A stretch of 63,937 bases of DNA, counting the filler, from Kipferlia bialata (taxonomy: Eukaryota), in the NCBI GenBank assembly GCA_003568945.1. It is 8 parts of 8 records of this genome, joined end to end, with 100 filler letters (N's around TTAATTAATTAA, not from the genome) between each part and the next. Parts side by side here need not be neighbours in the genome. Positions count along the whole stretch, not along the records: positions 15,669 to 25,601 come from BDIP01001533.1; positions 25,702 to 35,630 come from BDIP01001534.1; positions 35,731 to 45,652 come from BDIP01001536.1; 5 more parts are not named here. One strand, 5' to 3'. Position numbers and translations under genes: made by a program. The first letter of the stretch is position 1. Each line of letters starts with the position of its first letter. Below, in pieces: positions 25,416-39,200 of this stretch. Below the pieces are notes generated by a model. It saw nothing but the letters and a program-made list of their open reading frames with translations, made no database searches and was not told the origin of the DNA.

Positions 25416-25543
25416 CCGAAGTTAAAGTGTGTGGGGGATACTCAGATGTAAATCAAGAGATACAGACACATACATATAGAGTGTCAGTGTAGTACACATA
25501 TGTAGAAGGAGAGAGACAGAGTACCTGCTCCATGATGGATAGC

Positions 25544-25601
<58 letters not shown>

Positions 25602-25704
25602 NNNNNNNNNNNNNNNNNNNNNNNNNNNNNNNNNNNNNNNNNNNNTTAATTAATTAANNNNNNNNNNNNNNNNNNNNNNNNNNNNNNNNNNNNNNNNNNN
25701 NGGT

Positions 25705-25748
<44 letters not shown>

Positions 25749-25832
25749 GCAGATTGGACGTTGGAGAGACAATCCACACAAGTCCCAATCTAGACGACAC
25801 TGACGATAGGTGACGTATATATACACACACTG

Positions 25833-26881
25833 ACCTCCTCGATGCTGGGGTAGAAGGGCCTGAAGTGTCTGGAGAGCATCGGCTGGATGAGGGAGCTGAA
25901 CTTGTCCTCGGCCATGCCCTGACCCGGCACATACCCCTTGGCCCTGAGCACCCTGGCCATGACACACCCGCCAAAGGTATCCACAAAGGTGGAGCAGAGG
26001 GAGGCGGCAGTGGCACTGGCCCGGCCCATCCTCACCTTCCCTATGCCAACACCAAGGGGCAGCACATACCCACTCTTGGTGGTGTAGTACCTCTTGCGGC
26101 GCAACCTGGCCAGGAGGCTGGAGACCAGGCTCTGGGGAATGGCGCTGGCCCTGCAACCGGACTTCTTGGCCTGGTATGTGACCCAGTCACTGAACTGGAG
26201 CATGGTGACACCCCCCAGCCACCCGACAAAGGCATGGACCGCTGTCTCAATGGCATCGCACATGGCCTCACGGGCCTGCTCTGAGTTGGGGTGGGGTCTG
26301 CTCTGCCTGGGCTTGGGGGCTGGGGCCTTCTTGGCAACAGGTGCACTGGCGCCGTCCCCCTTCCTAGCTAGCCTCTCGCTCTCCATGTCACGCAGCTTGT
26401 CAGCCTCCCTCTCCCTATCCCTCAGAGACTGCACACTCACCCTACTCCGCCTCTTCTGCTGCTTCTCTGGTGCTGGCCTCTCTCCCTTGCCGCCCTGCCT
26501 CCTTTCCTGTGGCTCCTCTGCGTACTTGTACTTCTGCGGCCTGCACACCAGACCCACAAAGAGCAGACCCCCACTCTCAGTACGCGCCTTCCCCTGAAGG
26601 GCGGTCTCCTTATGCCGCACGTACACGCCGCCCTCGATCTCTGTCAGCGGGTACCGGCTGAACAGGCACCCGAGCATCTCTGCCATGGGTGGGACAGGGC
26701 CAGAGGCATTACAGGACAGCCACTCAGAGACACACATCTCATACAGCTGGTGCTGCGACACAACATGCGGCTGCACAGAGACACGCCGCAGGATGGTATC
26801 CGCATGGGAACCCAGGAAGGCGTCCATATCGGTGCGATGATGGTCGTAAGAGGTCTCGCAGTAGAGTGCCCTACATGACAT
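25833..26881 (-). CDS. Hypothetical protein, long first exon, truncated by the contig end
   Basis: 363-codon ORF with coding-like GC3 and a charged basic linker; probable donor GAG|GTCAGT near 25833. No recognisable domain. Confidence 0.65.
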
Positions 26882-27018
26882 GGACTATTTATAGTTTGGT
26901 CTCCTACACCCTTTTGTTGTTTTTGAATACTATTCTCACTCTATGATTCCGTTGAGAGTTGACACGGTCATCAATGACCTATTGGACGTCTGAAGGAGAG
27001 CGCCCACTGGTACCTGAA

Positions 27019-27736
27019 CTACTGACGGTGACGGCGAACACGGTTGGTCCCAGCCAGACTGCCGTAGAAGGAGTTCTCTCCCTCCTCTTCTTCGGGAAGG
27101 GGCTTCCATCCCACTACCACTCCCTCAATGGCATCGTCACTCATCCCAAACAGACTCCTTAGAGGGACCTGTCTGTACAGCTTCACCCCCCTCACCTTCC
27201 AGCCCATCATCTCATCCCCAACAAGAGAGGCGTGGCGGCCCCTGGCGTTGGGTCTGTCGTGCTCGCCGTGGTACACCTCCAGCAGCCCATCGTCCACGGT
27301 TGATGATGTAGGTCCACTCGTTGTGCAGACAGTTGGCCAGAAAGGAGGAACAATCAGCCAGGAACCCTAGGGCTGTGAGGGACTCCAGCGAGATGTTGAA
27401 GTGGATGAGACTGCCGTATGTGGTGTGTGCCCTCTCCTCCTCAGACTCTGGGAGGAAGACCCCATCATTGAGTGTTTCACCCTCGTCACCCTCTGCAGCT
27501 GCTCTCAAGGCAGCATCAAGGGCCTCTGCAGCTGCCAGGTGAGTATCCGAGACCACCGTGCCCGCCTTCATCACCTCCATGGCCTGGACCCTCTCTCTCA
27601 ACACCTCCATACTGCCACAGTCTCTGACATACTTAAGCACAGCCTTGCCCAGGTACTCTGGGTAGGAGTCATTGTGCACCCGAGAGACCTTGTCCACCCC
27701 TCCCACACGGTACCCCTGCAGCCCATTGGTACCCAT
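27019..27736 (-). pseudogene. Intronless bacterial/phage-type hypothetical protein with a +1 frameshift near 27298 (or a sequencing error)
   Basis: MGTNGLQGYRVGGVDKVSRVHNDSYPEYLG...FLANCLHNEWTYIIN continues in another frame as VDDGLLEVYHG. One extra C in AAC-C-GTG-GAC breaks the EWxYIINxDxxxLEVYxG motif. Confidence 0.65.
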
Positions 27737-28179
27737 AGTCTTGTACCTATGGGTCACTAAATAACTTACTGTAGAGACTCACTACAGTGTAGAGAGTCTG
27801 ACCCCTGCGGAGGACCAAGATCGGAAAGTTCCGATTCTCGTTGACACCTTCATTAAGTTAGTCACTTTACTGCTGTGACAACAGTAAGAGCTAGGTGCTA
27901 GCTCTCTTTGAAGGCCTCATTGGTTTATTTCCATGATATGACTTAAGATGAATCAATATGTCATAGTTGAAAATCACCAATTCAAATGTACTACAGGCTG
28001 CTGTGTATGTAGTACAAGTTGTACTGAACATAACCTTACTTGGCCTAGTTCTTGATTTACTCTTAATAATAGTATATCTATCTATTCGCATCCTGTCATA
28101 TGAGCCCTAACCGGTAAGCTCTCTGGCCAGTAACGCGTATGTTACACTTGACTACTCTGCCACTCCCTAGTAGGAGTCC

Positions 28180-30106
28180 CTACACACCATCCCACTCATG
28201 TTCCCTCTCTCTCACTGATGCCTTGCTGGGTACTGCACCCATGGATACATCTAGTGTATTGGGCTGGGGTGGGGAAGAGGGGGGATGAGAGGGAACCACA
28301 ATTGTGCATGAGAGACGAGAAGCACTGGTACATAAACCCAGTCCGATCTGCCTCACCCTCTTTGGCGCCAGGGATGGTCTGAAGTAGGAGGGTCTGATGA
28401 AGAGCAGCATCCACAGCGCAGCCTCGCTGGTATGAGAGGCATATGTAGAGGTAGACATAGAAGCTATGGAATGAATGTATCCACTCAGGGGTAGATGTGT
28501 AGTCAGGGCCCACTCACACCACACTGTACAGGGCCAACATGATGTCAAGGCCTAGCTGCTGGCCAGGGGTGACCTCATATCCCTACTATTAGAATATACA
28601 TATATATAGTCACATATGTAAATAATAGATCCTCAAGGGGTGAGGGCATGGGAGGGGGGGGGGGGGTATATACAAGTACGAGTGATATCCTATACACACT
28701 TCCTCTGCCGCACCTCCTCGAAGTACTGTGCCACCAAGAGTGCAGCAGTCATGCAGACAGATATCACGGAGACGGTGGTGAAGCGCCTGGGTGGGACAAG
28801 ACAACTCACTCAGGGGGTATTATCATATACCCTCAACACATAGCAGTCACTCACCTACCATCACTGGAACTGACACTCTGCTGGGCCCTCCTGGTGGACC
28901 TAATAGTAAGAGTGAGAGACGGTTTAGGTACAGGATACCAGAAGAGAGTAATAAGATGTCTAGGGTATATAATACTAGTGGTAACTGCGCGCTTGCATTC
29001 TGTCCCACCTGCGTGTCGCTACTATAGTTACTCATTGATGATATACCAATGGTTGCCACTATGCACGTGTCCGCACCTACGTCTGACCACTGTGAGCAGG
29101 ATGATGGTGAGTGCAGTGGACAGAGTGGCAACAAGGTACAGGGGGAGGGCATATCCTGGGGGTAGAGGGGGGGGGGCAGCTAGATCCTCATTAGTGAATA
29201 TACTACCCTCTACTCACGTGTGACCACGAGCCAGTAGTCGTAGTAGTCCCAGCCCTTGGGGTCATGGTACTCCATGGCCTGGGGGGAGGGTCTAAGCATA
29301 TATATATATATACTATTATTGTATATACATGGAATAGTAAGGCGTTTATATGTATATACTATTATATATATACCCATGATGCCTAGGGGGTGAGGTGGGG
29401 GGGGGGTCTGTGTATAGTATGATAGGAGGTATATAGATGACTGTGCACATACCCTGATGCACAGGAACAGGAAGAGGTTCTGGCCGCCAACCACTATCAC
29501 AGTGGCTATGGTCTAGGGTGAGGGGGAGGGCAAAGAGAGAGTGTGTGTGTATGCAATGTTATTAATGATCTAGAAGAATAACACTGTGTCCCGGAATGAG
29601 AGGTTAAGCTCAGTGCGTACCAGGACTACACACAGTGCCATGACACTCCTCTGGAACCGTCGGGTGGCTCTGACACTCCACACACCCTACGGTAAGAAAG
29701 TGGCTAATAGATTCAGGAAGAGAGAGAATGAGGTGTAACACAACCGACAAAAGTCCTATCCCAGCAGAGAGTGAGAGATATATAATCATACCCTAAACAC
29801 GTGCTGGTAGACAAAGAGTAGTCCCACATACTGCACTGTAGCCACGCCCATAGTGACACTGTCCACATAGAGCTAGGGTCAGGGGGAGGAATGGGAGAGA
29901 GAGAGACAGACAGACAGTGAGAGAGTGATGGAGAGAGAGAGAGAGAGATGCATACATACAGAGTCAGGGAGTGTGAGAGAGAGAGAGCACCCACCGAGTA
30001 CATGAATATCCAGTGGGGCATGTCCCACATGTTGGGGTAGGGCACCCTGAATGCATAGTCGAGGAAGTCGGAGTAGGAGGCCAGGGCCAACAGGATGAAG
30101 GAGACC
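28180..30106 (-). CDS. Polytopic membrane protein, GPCR-like 7TM topology (6 helices visible); 5' part missing
   Basis: Spliced hydrophobic segments VSFILLALASYSDFL, WIFMYSSSMWTVSLWAWL, SVMALCVVLTIATVIVVGG, YALPLYLVATLSTALTIILLTVV, FTTVSVISVCMTAALLV and LGLDIMLALYSVVSEAALWMLLFI, followed by a Ser/Pro-rich tail ending HEWDGV*. Confidence 0.6.
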
Positions 30107-30129
30107 CTGACTGTGAGGGGTAGGGAGAA

Positions 30130-30162
<33 letters not shown>

Positions 30163-30202
30163 GGGGGGGGGGGGGGCGGGGGGGTGGGGGGGGGGGGGGG
30201 GG
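30130..30202. repeat. Long poly-G tract; similar poly-G/C tracts end most contigs (9896-9941, 15527-15551, 25702-25746, 55628-55673, 63888-63937)
   Basis: Directly visible homopolymers, mostly inside introns. Confidence 0.9.
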
Positions 30203-30291
30203 ATACATAAACTGTGTAGAAGTAGAGGAAGTGGTGTTCTAGCTAGTAGTATATTGAGGGAGTGAGGGAGGGGGGTGGGGGTGGGACGTAC

Positions 30292-30891
30292 AGAGGGAGT
30301 AACACTACAGAGTCAGGGCATACACTCATAGAACCAGACACAGAAACACTCATAATACGACACCATAACAACGCATTCTCCCCCATGCACTCCACAAGAT
30401 CTCCCTGTACCCAAATATGTGTAATATATACACCCACACTCACTTGTGGTCACTGAGGATGTCCTCGATGTGTGGGTCAAAGGTACCCAGGGCAGTGCAG
30501 ATGGCACTCCGGCACTCCAGCAACCGCCCCACGACAGCACCGAGCGTGGTACGCACCACCACCCTCTTCTGGGGGTGTATCATCTGGTCGTAGCAGTCCT
30601 CCAACAGCCTGTACACACCCAGGTACTTCATGTACCACTGGGTGTCCTGGGCCAGCTTCTGCTCGGGGGACTGCGTCAGAACACAGAGGTGGTAGTGAAA
30701 AGACCCAATGTACACATATATAGCACCAGACATACCAGAATGGTGACGGTTGAGTCGTAATTGGCCTCGACTTGGACCTGGTCCAAGAGATCGGTCATGG
30801 CTTGGCGCCAGAGCCGATCATAGGTCCTGGGGAGTCAGAATAGTAGTAGGGAACCACCCGACAGCACTCATATCACGTACGCTGTGGCCAT
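30292..30891 (-). CDS. IQCA1: DRC11/IQCA1 (IQ and AAA domain dynein regulatory complex protein), N-terminal ~110 aa only
   Basis: MATATYDRLWRQAMTDLL...WYMKYLGVYRLLEDCYDQMIHPQKRVVVRTTLGAVVGRLLE...IEDILSDH, plus a 13-nt micro-exon at 30292-30304 (VTPS). YDQxxHPQKR is the IQCA1 N-terminal signature. Confidence 0.85.
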
Positions 30892-31023
30892 CTGCCGATT
30901 CCAGTGCTCCTTTTGGTCGTTAGAAGGAGCAAGTTCAAATTGTTGCTGATTTTGCAAATCGGAAATCGGAGTCCTTTTCATCGACTTCCTCTCTCCCTCT
31001 CTTTATAGGGAGACTGTTACAGT

Positions 31024-32997
31024 ATGACGCACAGTCTACTCTCCCCACTTCGCCAGGGGAGCCCTGGGAGCCTCTCCCCGTCTGTGCATCTGTCCCCCTC
31101 TGTGTCACCCTCACCCTATGAGGCAGATGGGGCACTGAAGCCAGAGTACGGCAGAGTGGTGTCGAGGGAGAGAGAGAGGGTCAGGGTGCAGTCTGCCAAG
31201 GCAGGGGCTAGAGTGGCCAATGACCCGTACTACTCCAAGTGGTGGGCCACAGGTGGGTCGATAGGGAGCATCGATACCATGATATATGAAGTTGGTTGAG
31301 ATTGGGTTTGCTTCCTCTCTCTCTCTCTCTCTCTCCCTCTCTCATTGCCAGGTGTGAGTTACAGCACGGCCAGCCCTGCATCCACCCCTGGCACACCCTT
31401 CATGGAGACGCTCAACATGGCCAGCCAGGTAGGGTGTATACCATAAAACCTGTGTCAATGCCAGCAGAGTGGCATATACTTGTATATTACTTATACACAT
31501 ACTGGCACACCCTTCATGGAGACACTCAACATGGCCAGTCAGGTAGCATATACTATAGGACATATCGCAGCATTTGTATTGTTACATACATGTATCATAG
31601 CAGTCACTCAACATAGCCAGTCAGGTAGCCTATACTATACTATATGACTATTGGCATTATTGAGATACAGTACCTTAGTCACAGCAGAGTTCCTCTCGCC
31701 GTTAGGCTATTCAAGAACACATGGCCACCAGTAGGATCTCTCTCTATTCAAATCTATGTGTCTCTGATTGGTTTGGAGCTCCACTCAGAAGTCATACATA
31801 TAGTTACATGTGCAGCTCATATATGCTAACCCAATCCCTTTCTGAATACCCACACACATATATACACTAGCCTATGGGGCATACTGGAGGCCGAACAGCA
31901 GAGCGATACTATCTCTCTCTCTCTCTCTCTCTCTCTCTGTCCCGATATATACATATACTAACTCCAATGGCATCCTAGATACCGAGCAGTAGAGTATATA
32001 TATGTATTATGTGTGAGTGAGTCTCTGTGAATGCTCACTCTCAGGGCATCCTGGAGGCCGAGCAGCAGAGTGTCAATGCCAGCAGGGAGAGCCGACAGGC
32101 AGCTGCATCACCATGCATGTCCCAGGGCATGACAAGGGCACCCAGTCAAGGGTCATTAAGACTGGCAAGGTATAGTATATATATATATATATATATATAT
32201 ATAGGTATATATATGATATATATACTATATATGCATGTCCCAGGGGATGACACGGGCACCCAGTCAAGGCAGTTTAAGACTAGCAAGGTATATACTAGAC
32301 ATATATGTATACATATATATATAGTATATGCATGTCCCAGGGGATGACAAGGGCTCCTAGCCAAGGGTCTTTGAGGCTAGCTAGGTATGTATCAATATGT
32401 ATTCATTTTGCGACTAGCCATGTATATATATGTGTATGTATTCAGGTGTCTGACCGTGTCATGCATGTACCTCATATGTACCTCATATGTATACATATTA
32501 TGTGAATATGCATTTCTCCCTCCCTACCCCAGGCGTCTGGGTGTGTCTGACCGTGTGATGCAGGAGGGACACGGAGAGGGGGAGGGAGGGCTGATTGGCA
32601 GAGAGTGTAGGTAAGGAGTTAAGTGAATATGTATTATTTAGAGTATCATATACATTTCTTCCTAGTGTATCACATATGCCTCTCACCCTAGCCTGACTAG
32701 TCTGATAGGTGAGGAGAGTGCCCCCGGTCAGCCCGTGGAGATGGAGAGGAGTCTGGTGTACACAGTGTCCACAGCGGATCTGAACGGAGAGATGCTGAGG
32801 TGAGTCCATGGTAGTAGGTATATATAATCTGAGTCTCTCTCTCTCTCTCTCTCTCTTACCCCTCAGAGACTTCAGCAAGAACACCAACGCCCTGGTCAGG
32901 TCGATGTCCTTCACAGGTACTCTCTCTCTCTCTCTGGTTCTTCCTCTCTACACCTTGAAAATCCTGTGATCTATATATGTCATGGTCAGCTGAGATT

Positions 32998-33039
<42 letters not shown>

Positions 33040-34741
33040 ACCCCTAATCCCCCAGGTGCTGACATGCCCAAGAGGACGGAGAACCGGTCATCCGTATCTG
33101 CAGGTGGGATGAACTCTCTCTCTCTCTCTCCCTCCACTCCCTTATGGATACATAATCATATGTCCTAATGGTAGGAGGTAAGCGTCCCTATGGCCTTCAG
33201 ACCCTGTCCCACTCTCTATCTCTCTTTCTATCTCTCTCTCTCTATGTATATTAGTTGTCTTACTGTAGGTGGCAAGCGTACCTCTGGCCTCCAGACCCTG
33301 TCTCACTCTCTGTCTCTCTCTCTCTCTTTGTCTATATCTCTATGTACACATTATAAACTCTTACCACAGGTGGAAAAAGAACCTCTGGCCTCCAGACCCT
33401 GTCCCACTCTCTTTCTCTCTTTCTCTCTCTCTCTCTATAGTCTCACTGTAGGTGGTAAGCGTGCCTCTGGCCTCCAGACCCTGTCCCACTCTCTGTCCCA
33501 GCACATGATGAGGGTTCTGTCAGATGTGGAGTGCAGTGAGAGTGACAGCATGGACTACTGCTCAAGGTATGTATATGGATATACATATTTATGTATGTAT
33601 ATTCATACACTTGTGGCTCTGACCCCCAGCCCCGGGAGTCTGACAGACAGCGAGGGAGAGAGGGAGGATGGAGAGAGGGAGACCCACTCCTCCCGACCTG
33701 CCAGTGCCCAGCACCTCTGGGGTGCCAAGGACAGACGCAACAGCTCCCCACCCCCACCTGCTGCTGACACGCATGCCCTGCACCCACCACCCAACACATA
33801 CAGAGAGGAGAAGGAGAGAGAGAGAGATAAGGGGGATATGGCACCCAGGGAGATGAGTATGGAGGTGGTACCAGCCAAGGCAGACGCAGAGAGGTTCCTC
33901 AGACTGGCAGAACCTGGTGGCAGGTATGTATACAACTCTATGCCAAATGTACTACACTGTAGTATAACCCTATTCTTTGAGACTTAGTCCACACGTCGGT
34001 ATTTTGTTATAACTTGGCCCTCTGTGTGGATGTGTGTACGAGTTGGATGGTATCCCCTCTAACACCCAGGCCCCGTACTGGTAACCCAGGGAGTGGGCCA
34101 TCGGTATATAGGTATTTACATATATGGCTATATATATACATCTTCAAGTAAATCGGGATACCCCAGTAAAGATAATCAACCCCATATTGATTACATATGC
34201 ATATTCATCGCTATATTGACCTCAGGCTGCGCACCAAGTCTGCCTCTGTGTTTGTGTCAGAGAGGGACACCCACACGCTCAGTGACAGGTGGGGGTATAC
34301 TCTATTGTATACATACAAGCCTCTGTCCTTGATTGTTCTATAAATGGCTCTCTTTCCCAGTAATGCTGATGATGACATGTATATGGTATGTCTGTATGTG
34401 TGTATACACTGCATATTATATTCCACCTCCTTAACCCCAGTGATATTGACGAGGATAGACCTGGCTCCAGCATATCAGTGGCAAAGGCCCTGGCAAGGTA
34501 TTAGTCACTCCCATAATCTTCCTCTACTATATACAAAGGTACACACCCTCTTCTAAAGTCACTGAGTGCTAGATCTACAATGAGTGTGTACTTACGCATG
34601 TTCTTTAGCACTCCATACTGACCCCTCCAGAGAGGTCAGGCACCGCAGTATGGTCAGACAGGCCAGCCAGGCAGGACAGAAGGGGTAGAGAGAGAGCCAA
34701 CACCTAGAGGATCCTCCTGGGGACTCCATACCCTCTGAGTG
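31024..34741 (+). CDS. Hypothetical Ser-rich, probably disordered protein with many short exons (end approximate)
   Basis: ATG at 31024 and a series of GT-AG-bounded exons (GILEAEQQSVNASRESRQ..., DFSKNTNALVRSMSFT, GGKRASGLQTLSHSLSQHMMRVLSD..., PGSLTDSEGERED...). No known domain. Confidence 0.6.
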
Positions 34742-36222
34742 AGTGCCTATCGCCTGGGGCCTCTTGTATATAGGAGCGCGCATTCTATGTATCTGGCTGG
34801 AAGTGGGATACCCCCCCATACAGTATGACGTGGCGGCATGGGTGATGGTACCTACCGCCTACAGTGCGATGTCTGTGATGTACCAATGGGCACTCTGTAC
34901 CTCAGTGGAGGGAGAGAGAGAGTGGGACCCCTTGGGGTTGATGAGCCCTACTTCGCGAGGTTTCTGTATCAGTATCAGTATCTGTTTCTGACGCATGGCC
35001 CGCTTTGGAGAGAGTGTTCTTCTGAGCTACCCTACGGGGGTATCGAGACATTGAATACCATTCGACAGGTGAAGTGAGTTGGATCGCGTGCATTGGTATC
35101 AGATTGCATATGAGCAGTGGTTTACCCAGCTCAGGGTTGTCTTTGGACTCAAGATGCGTAGTATGTATCGGTTGTGCTCTTCCCTCATTGGAGTGCTCTC
35201 TCGTGGTCTTTCACCGTATGTGTAGTATCATAGAAGCAAGAAGAATAGATAATAAGCAACGGGGAATATGATACCTCAATAATATATTGTTATCTTGGTG
35301 AAAGAGTAGTGGTCAGACTGACATGGCTTAGTGCCATACTGAGTGCAACAACTCCATATGTCTGCAACTCAAAGGAATTGCCACCCTGACACGAGTAACC
35401 GCTGGACCAGTAAGGACAAAGAGTAGTGTATACACACAGCAGATACAGTCCATTTATGTGGGAACTGTATCGCTAATGGAAGTGCAGCTGGCCTGACACC
35501 AGTACAGGCGTGTCAGTGCATACAGTGAATGATGTGCATCCATCCTGCACTGCATTGCTACTGGACAGAGAGGTGCCCATCTAGGGTCAGTCTAACTACT
35601 ATATATGTATACTATAGTATAGTATAGTGANNNNNNNNNNNNNNNNNNNNNNNNNNNNNNNNNNNNNNNNNNNNTTAATTAATTAANNNNNNNNNNNNNN
35701 NNNNNNNNNNNNNNNNNNNNNNNNNNNNNNCATGGATGGATGAAAGTATGAAGCGTTTCGACCGTTTGATCTCGCGAGCCCTAGATATAAATACTATTTA
35801 TAGCGCCGTCATGACCCGTGTCATACTAGAAAGAAAGAAAGAACGGCAATGCTTGTAAGTGTAAATGAATTCGTGACGTAGAATGTTATTACTGTGATAA
35901 AGCGACGTACACCGCAGTAGCGCTGACTCAAGAGACGATATCACAGACTGGGGAAAGAATTGTATTATCGAGTATACACATCGAGTACAGTATCATATTG
36001 AATACATGATATACCTCAGTAACAGTGACTGTAGTGACCCCATCACAGAGAGTGGTAGAGACAGGACATATTGAATATACACTATACACAGTATATATAT
36101 ATATACTCTGTACTAAACTATACCTCAGTAACAATGACTGCAGTGACCCCATCACTGAGTGTGGTAAAAACAGAACATGTAGAATATACACTATATATAC
36201 TATATATATATACTAAACTATA

Positions 36223-39200
36223 CCTCAACAGTAATGACTGCAGTGACCCCATCACTGAGTGAGGGACAGACAGGACAGAGGGTAGGACATCCTCAATCTG
36301 ACGTCAGAGTATCCACTAAGTATCCATCACTATAACCAGAAGAAATAGTTGGTGTTTAGAAGAGTATAGATCAGTAGAGAAGTCTAGACACTGGCTTATA
36401 GACAGGACAGAGGATAGGACATCCTCAGTCTGATATCAGAACTGATTCAACCCAAGAGACTCAGTAATACTTCTAACTCTAGTATATATATGAACCCTAA
36501 ACCATAGTGGTTATAGTCCCATGTAATACTCTTTACCTGCGGCCTTGATAACTCTTCCACTTCGGCCTGCTCCTCCTTGGACATCGAAAACACCCAGTCT
36601 GCACAGTGCTTAACCTGTTGTCATTGAGACCGATTACAAGCTTAATGATTATGACACATACTATTATTAGTACCTCAAGAGTCAGCCGAAGTATCCTGAT
36701 AGGGGAGGTGTCCAGTAATACTTGTTTCAGTAAGGTTCCCGATCCCATTGGTAGTTTGTCAATCAGACCAGTACTCTTTGCGACAACCAGAGATACCCTG
36801 TTGTCAGATGGTTCTAAAGAGCTCTTTTAGTGATCCGACACTAGTAGCCGGAGAAATCTAGAGTATCATGCGAAGTATTGGACTACTGGAGTGTATTAGA
36901 GTGTCATTAACTGAAATAGTCCCCATACCCAGCTGTATGCTCCTTGTTACACTCCGTTCTGTGCATGAAAGCAGACACGTGCATCCTGCCCTCGTCCGTT
37001 ATGCCTAGGCATCAGAGATATATGTAGAGCTTTGTTCCTAGAGGTAGTTGTAGCAGACGGGTACAGAGAGAGAGAGACAGGAAGAGAGAGAGAAAAAGAA
37101 AGAGAGAAGGCATGTTACCTGAGCCAAGGTTGGAGCACAGTGCTGCTAGCAATGCAAAGAAACTCTGGCTGTTAGAGACCAATGTGCTAGTGTAGCCATA
37201 TATCCCACAAGGCCAATTTATCAGGCAGTGCGTGATAAACAGGCACAACCTGTGCCGCACAAGTCCTCCCAGAGCGGTGGGTCTCTCTCTGCCATATGTA
37301 TCTAGATAGGGACACAGTATTGATACTATACCTGATGAACACTCATGAGTATCACACCCCGCCTGCTAGCCCTGACAGAGTGCACCAGATGGTGTGTGAG
37401 GTGTATGGCATCTAGAGCAAAGGCACATGAACTGTGGGGGTATCTGTTGTACCCAGTCTGGGTGTCAGAATCTATGGCATTGTAGGGTTACCATTATGCC
37501 GGGTTACACTCAAAGTTCAAGAGAGTGTGGTGCTCCACTTACCCGGATCGCAAACACAAAGGAGAGAAAGGCCCTAACGGATACGTTACAAGCTTCAAAC
37601 CTAGGGTTAAGAAGAATACACTTACACACTTCCACTACTTGAAAGTAGTCTCGTTGCAGTGAATTCAAGTCTAATGAGTGGTTTATGAAGCAATGAGTTG
37701 TCCGTCTGCCATCCGTCTTCTTACCCTGATCCTTTGAATACAAACAGCGCAGCAGACTCTAAGCCCTTCGAGTTAGTAACTCGATCCAAGAGTGACGCTT
37801 CATACGTCACATCACCACTAAACTGGTTGAGTGAATGCCTGTTGTTAGAGTGTGAGACAATGACTCAGGCATATACCAGACCGTCAATATACACGCCGAC
37901 TCTCTGAAGTTCCCTGGGACATGTATGTGACATGTATGTGGCATGTTACGGTACCTGGACATAGTATCTGCCAACAGGTTACGGTACTCGTAAAGGAAGT
38001 CAGTCAGGCGCCCCTGGTATTGGTGGATGAAATAGTTGATATAAAAGGTGTACATTCGACATAGTACCATACTATATCTGTTCATACACTTATATTTCAT
38101 ATGCTGTACCTCGGAAGGGACGCATATGGGCTTTCGGAACAGAGTCAACGGCAGTGATGGGTTGACCTGGAGTGAGGCAATGAATAAGGTATACATATTG
38201 CGTTACTCAGGGGATACAGCACAAATAGTATTTGCAACGTACACAATTCCCACTCTTACACGTTTCAGAGATGAGACAATACATCATCGTATCGGCATAA
38301 TATAGACAATATACGTACACAGCGTCTCTTGTTCTTTCTCGTGGGTTGCAGAAACCTAGCTTCCCACTGTTTCAGGGTCGATTCAGGAAGTAGTCTCATC
38401 GATGGATCGTACACTTGGTCATATATCTGGTCATGTCCTGATGGTGATTCGGATCTTTACGTTCCAAGATGGACATACACCTTGAATGGCTTAAATACTG
38501 TTGGGTGTGGAACCCGGAGAATAGCGGTGTATATAGTCCATATACCTGGTAACCGGGGGAAGTGACCTCTCGGTCCACCTGCTGACTGTCGCCTAGGGAT
38601 GAATACTATATATAGTACAGAGTCCACTCTGTGGACTCCACAGTAATACTATTCGGACTACACTAGCTGAATAACAACAAGTCAGAGCTATCAAGACATC
38701 TATCAAGATATGTGACCTTCTCATCAGGCGCATATGCTCTCTGTGCCAATATATGGTACAGCAGCCACGGTTCTGGAGTTAGTTGTACTAAAGTGATTGG
38801 TGTATTGTGTACCTTCAAAACACTACGAATAGGGTATCTATATATAGTCAATAATAAGTTGGGACCAGTAATCATGGCGGATTCAGTGGAGCATACCCAA
38901 ATGACACATACCTCAGTTGGTCTCCCCCTTGCATCCCTTCTGTCTACGTACTGAGTCCAGCTGAACTTGCAATTGTACTGCGGTGAGGAGTGGTCGTTTA
39001 GTCTCGGGCGTCGGGTATGCCGTAGTGCCCACTGCTACTATTATATACACAACTTGTATTTGAACCACGTACTACTGTACTATCATACTAAATTAGACAA
39101 TATATTGGAGTCACTAGTGCTTACCCTTTTCCCGTGGTGCATTAGATATGCTGTACCAACTGCATAGATCGATGTGCCGACAGAGGCATCTTTCATGTGC

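Noticed and set aside
35731..35930. CpG-richer contig-end segment that might be a transposon terminus
   Set aside because: No terminal repeat partner, target-site duplication or transposase is visible; unsupported.
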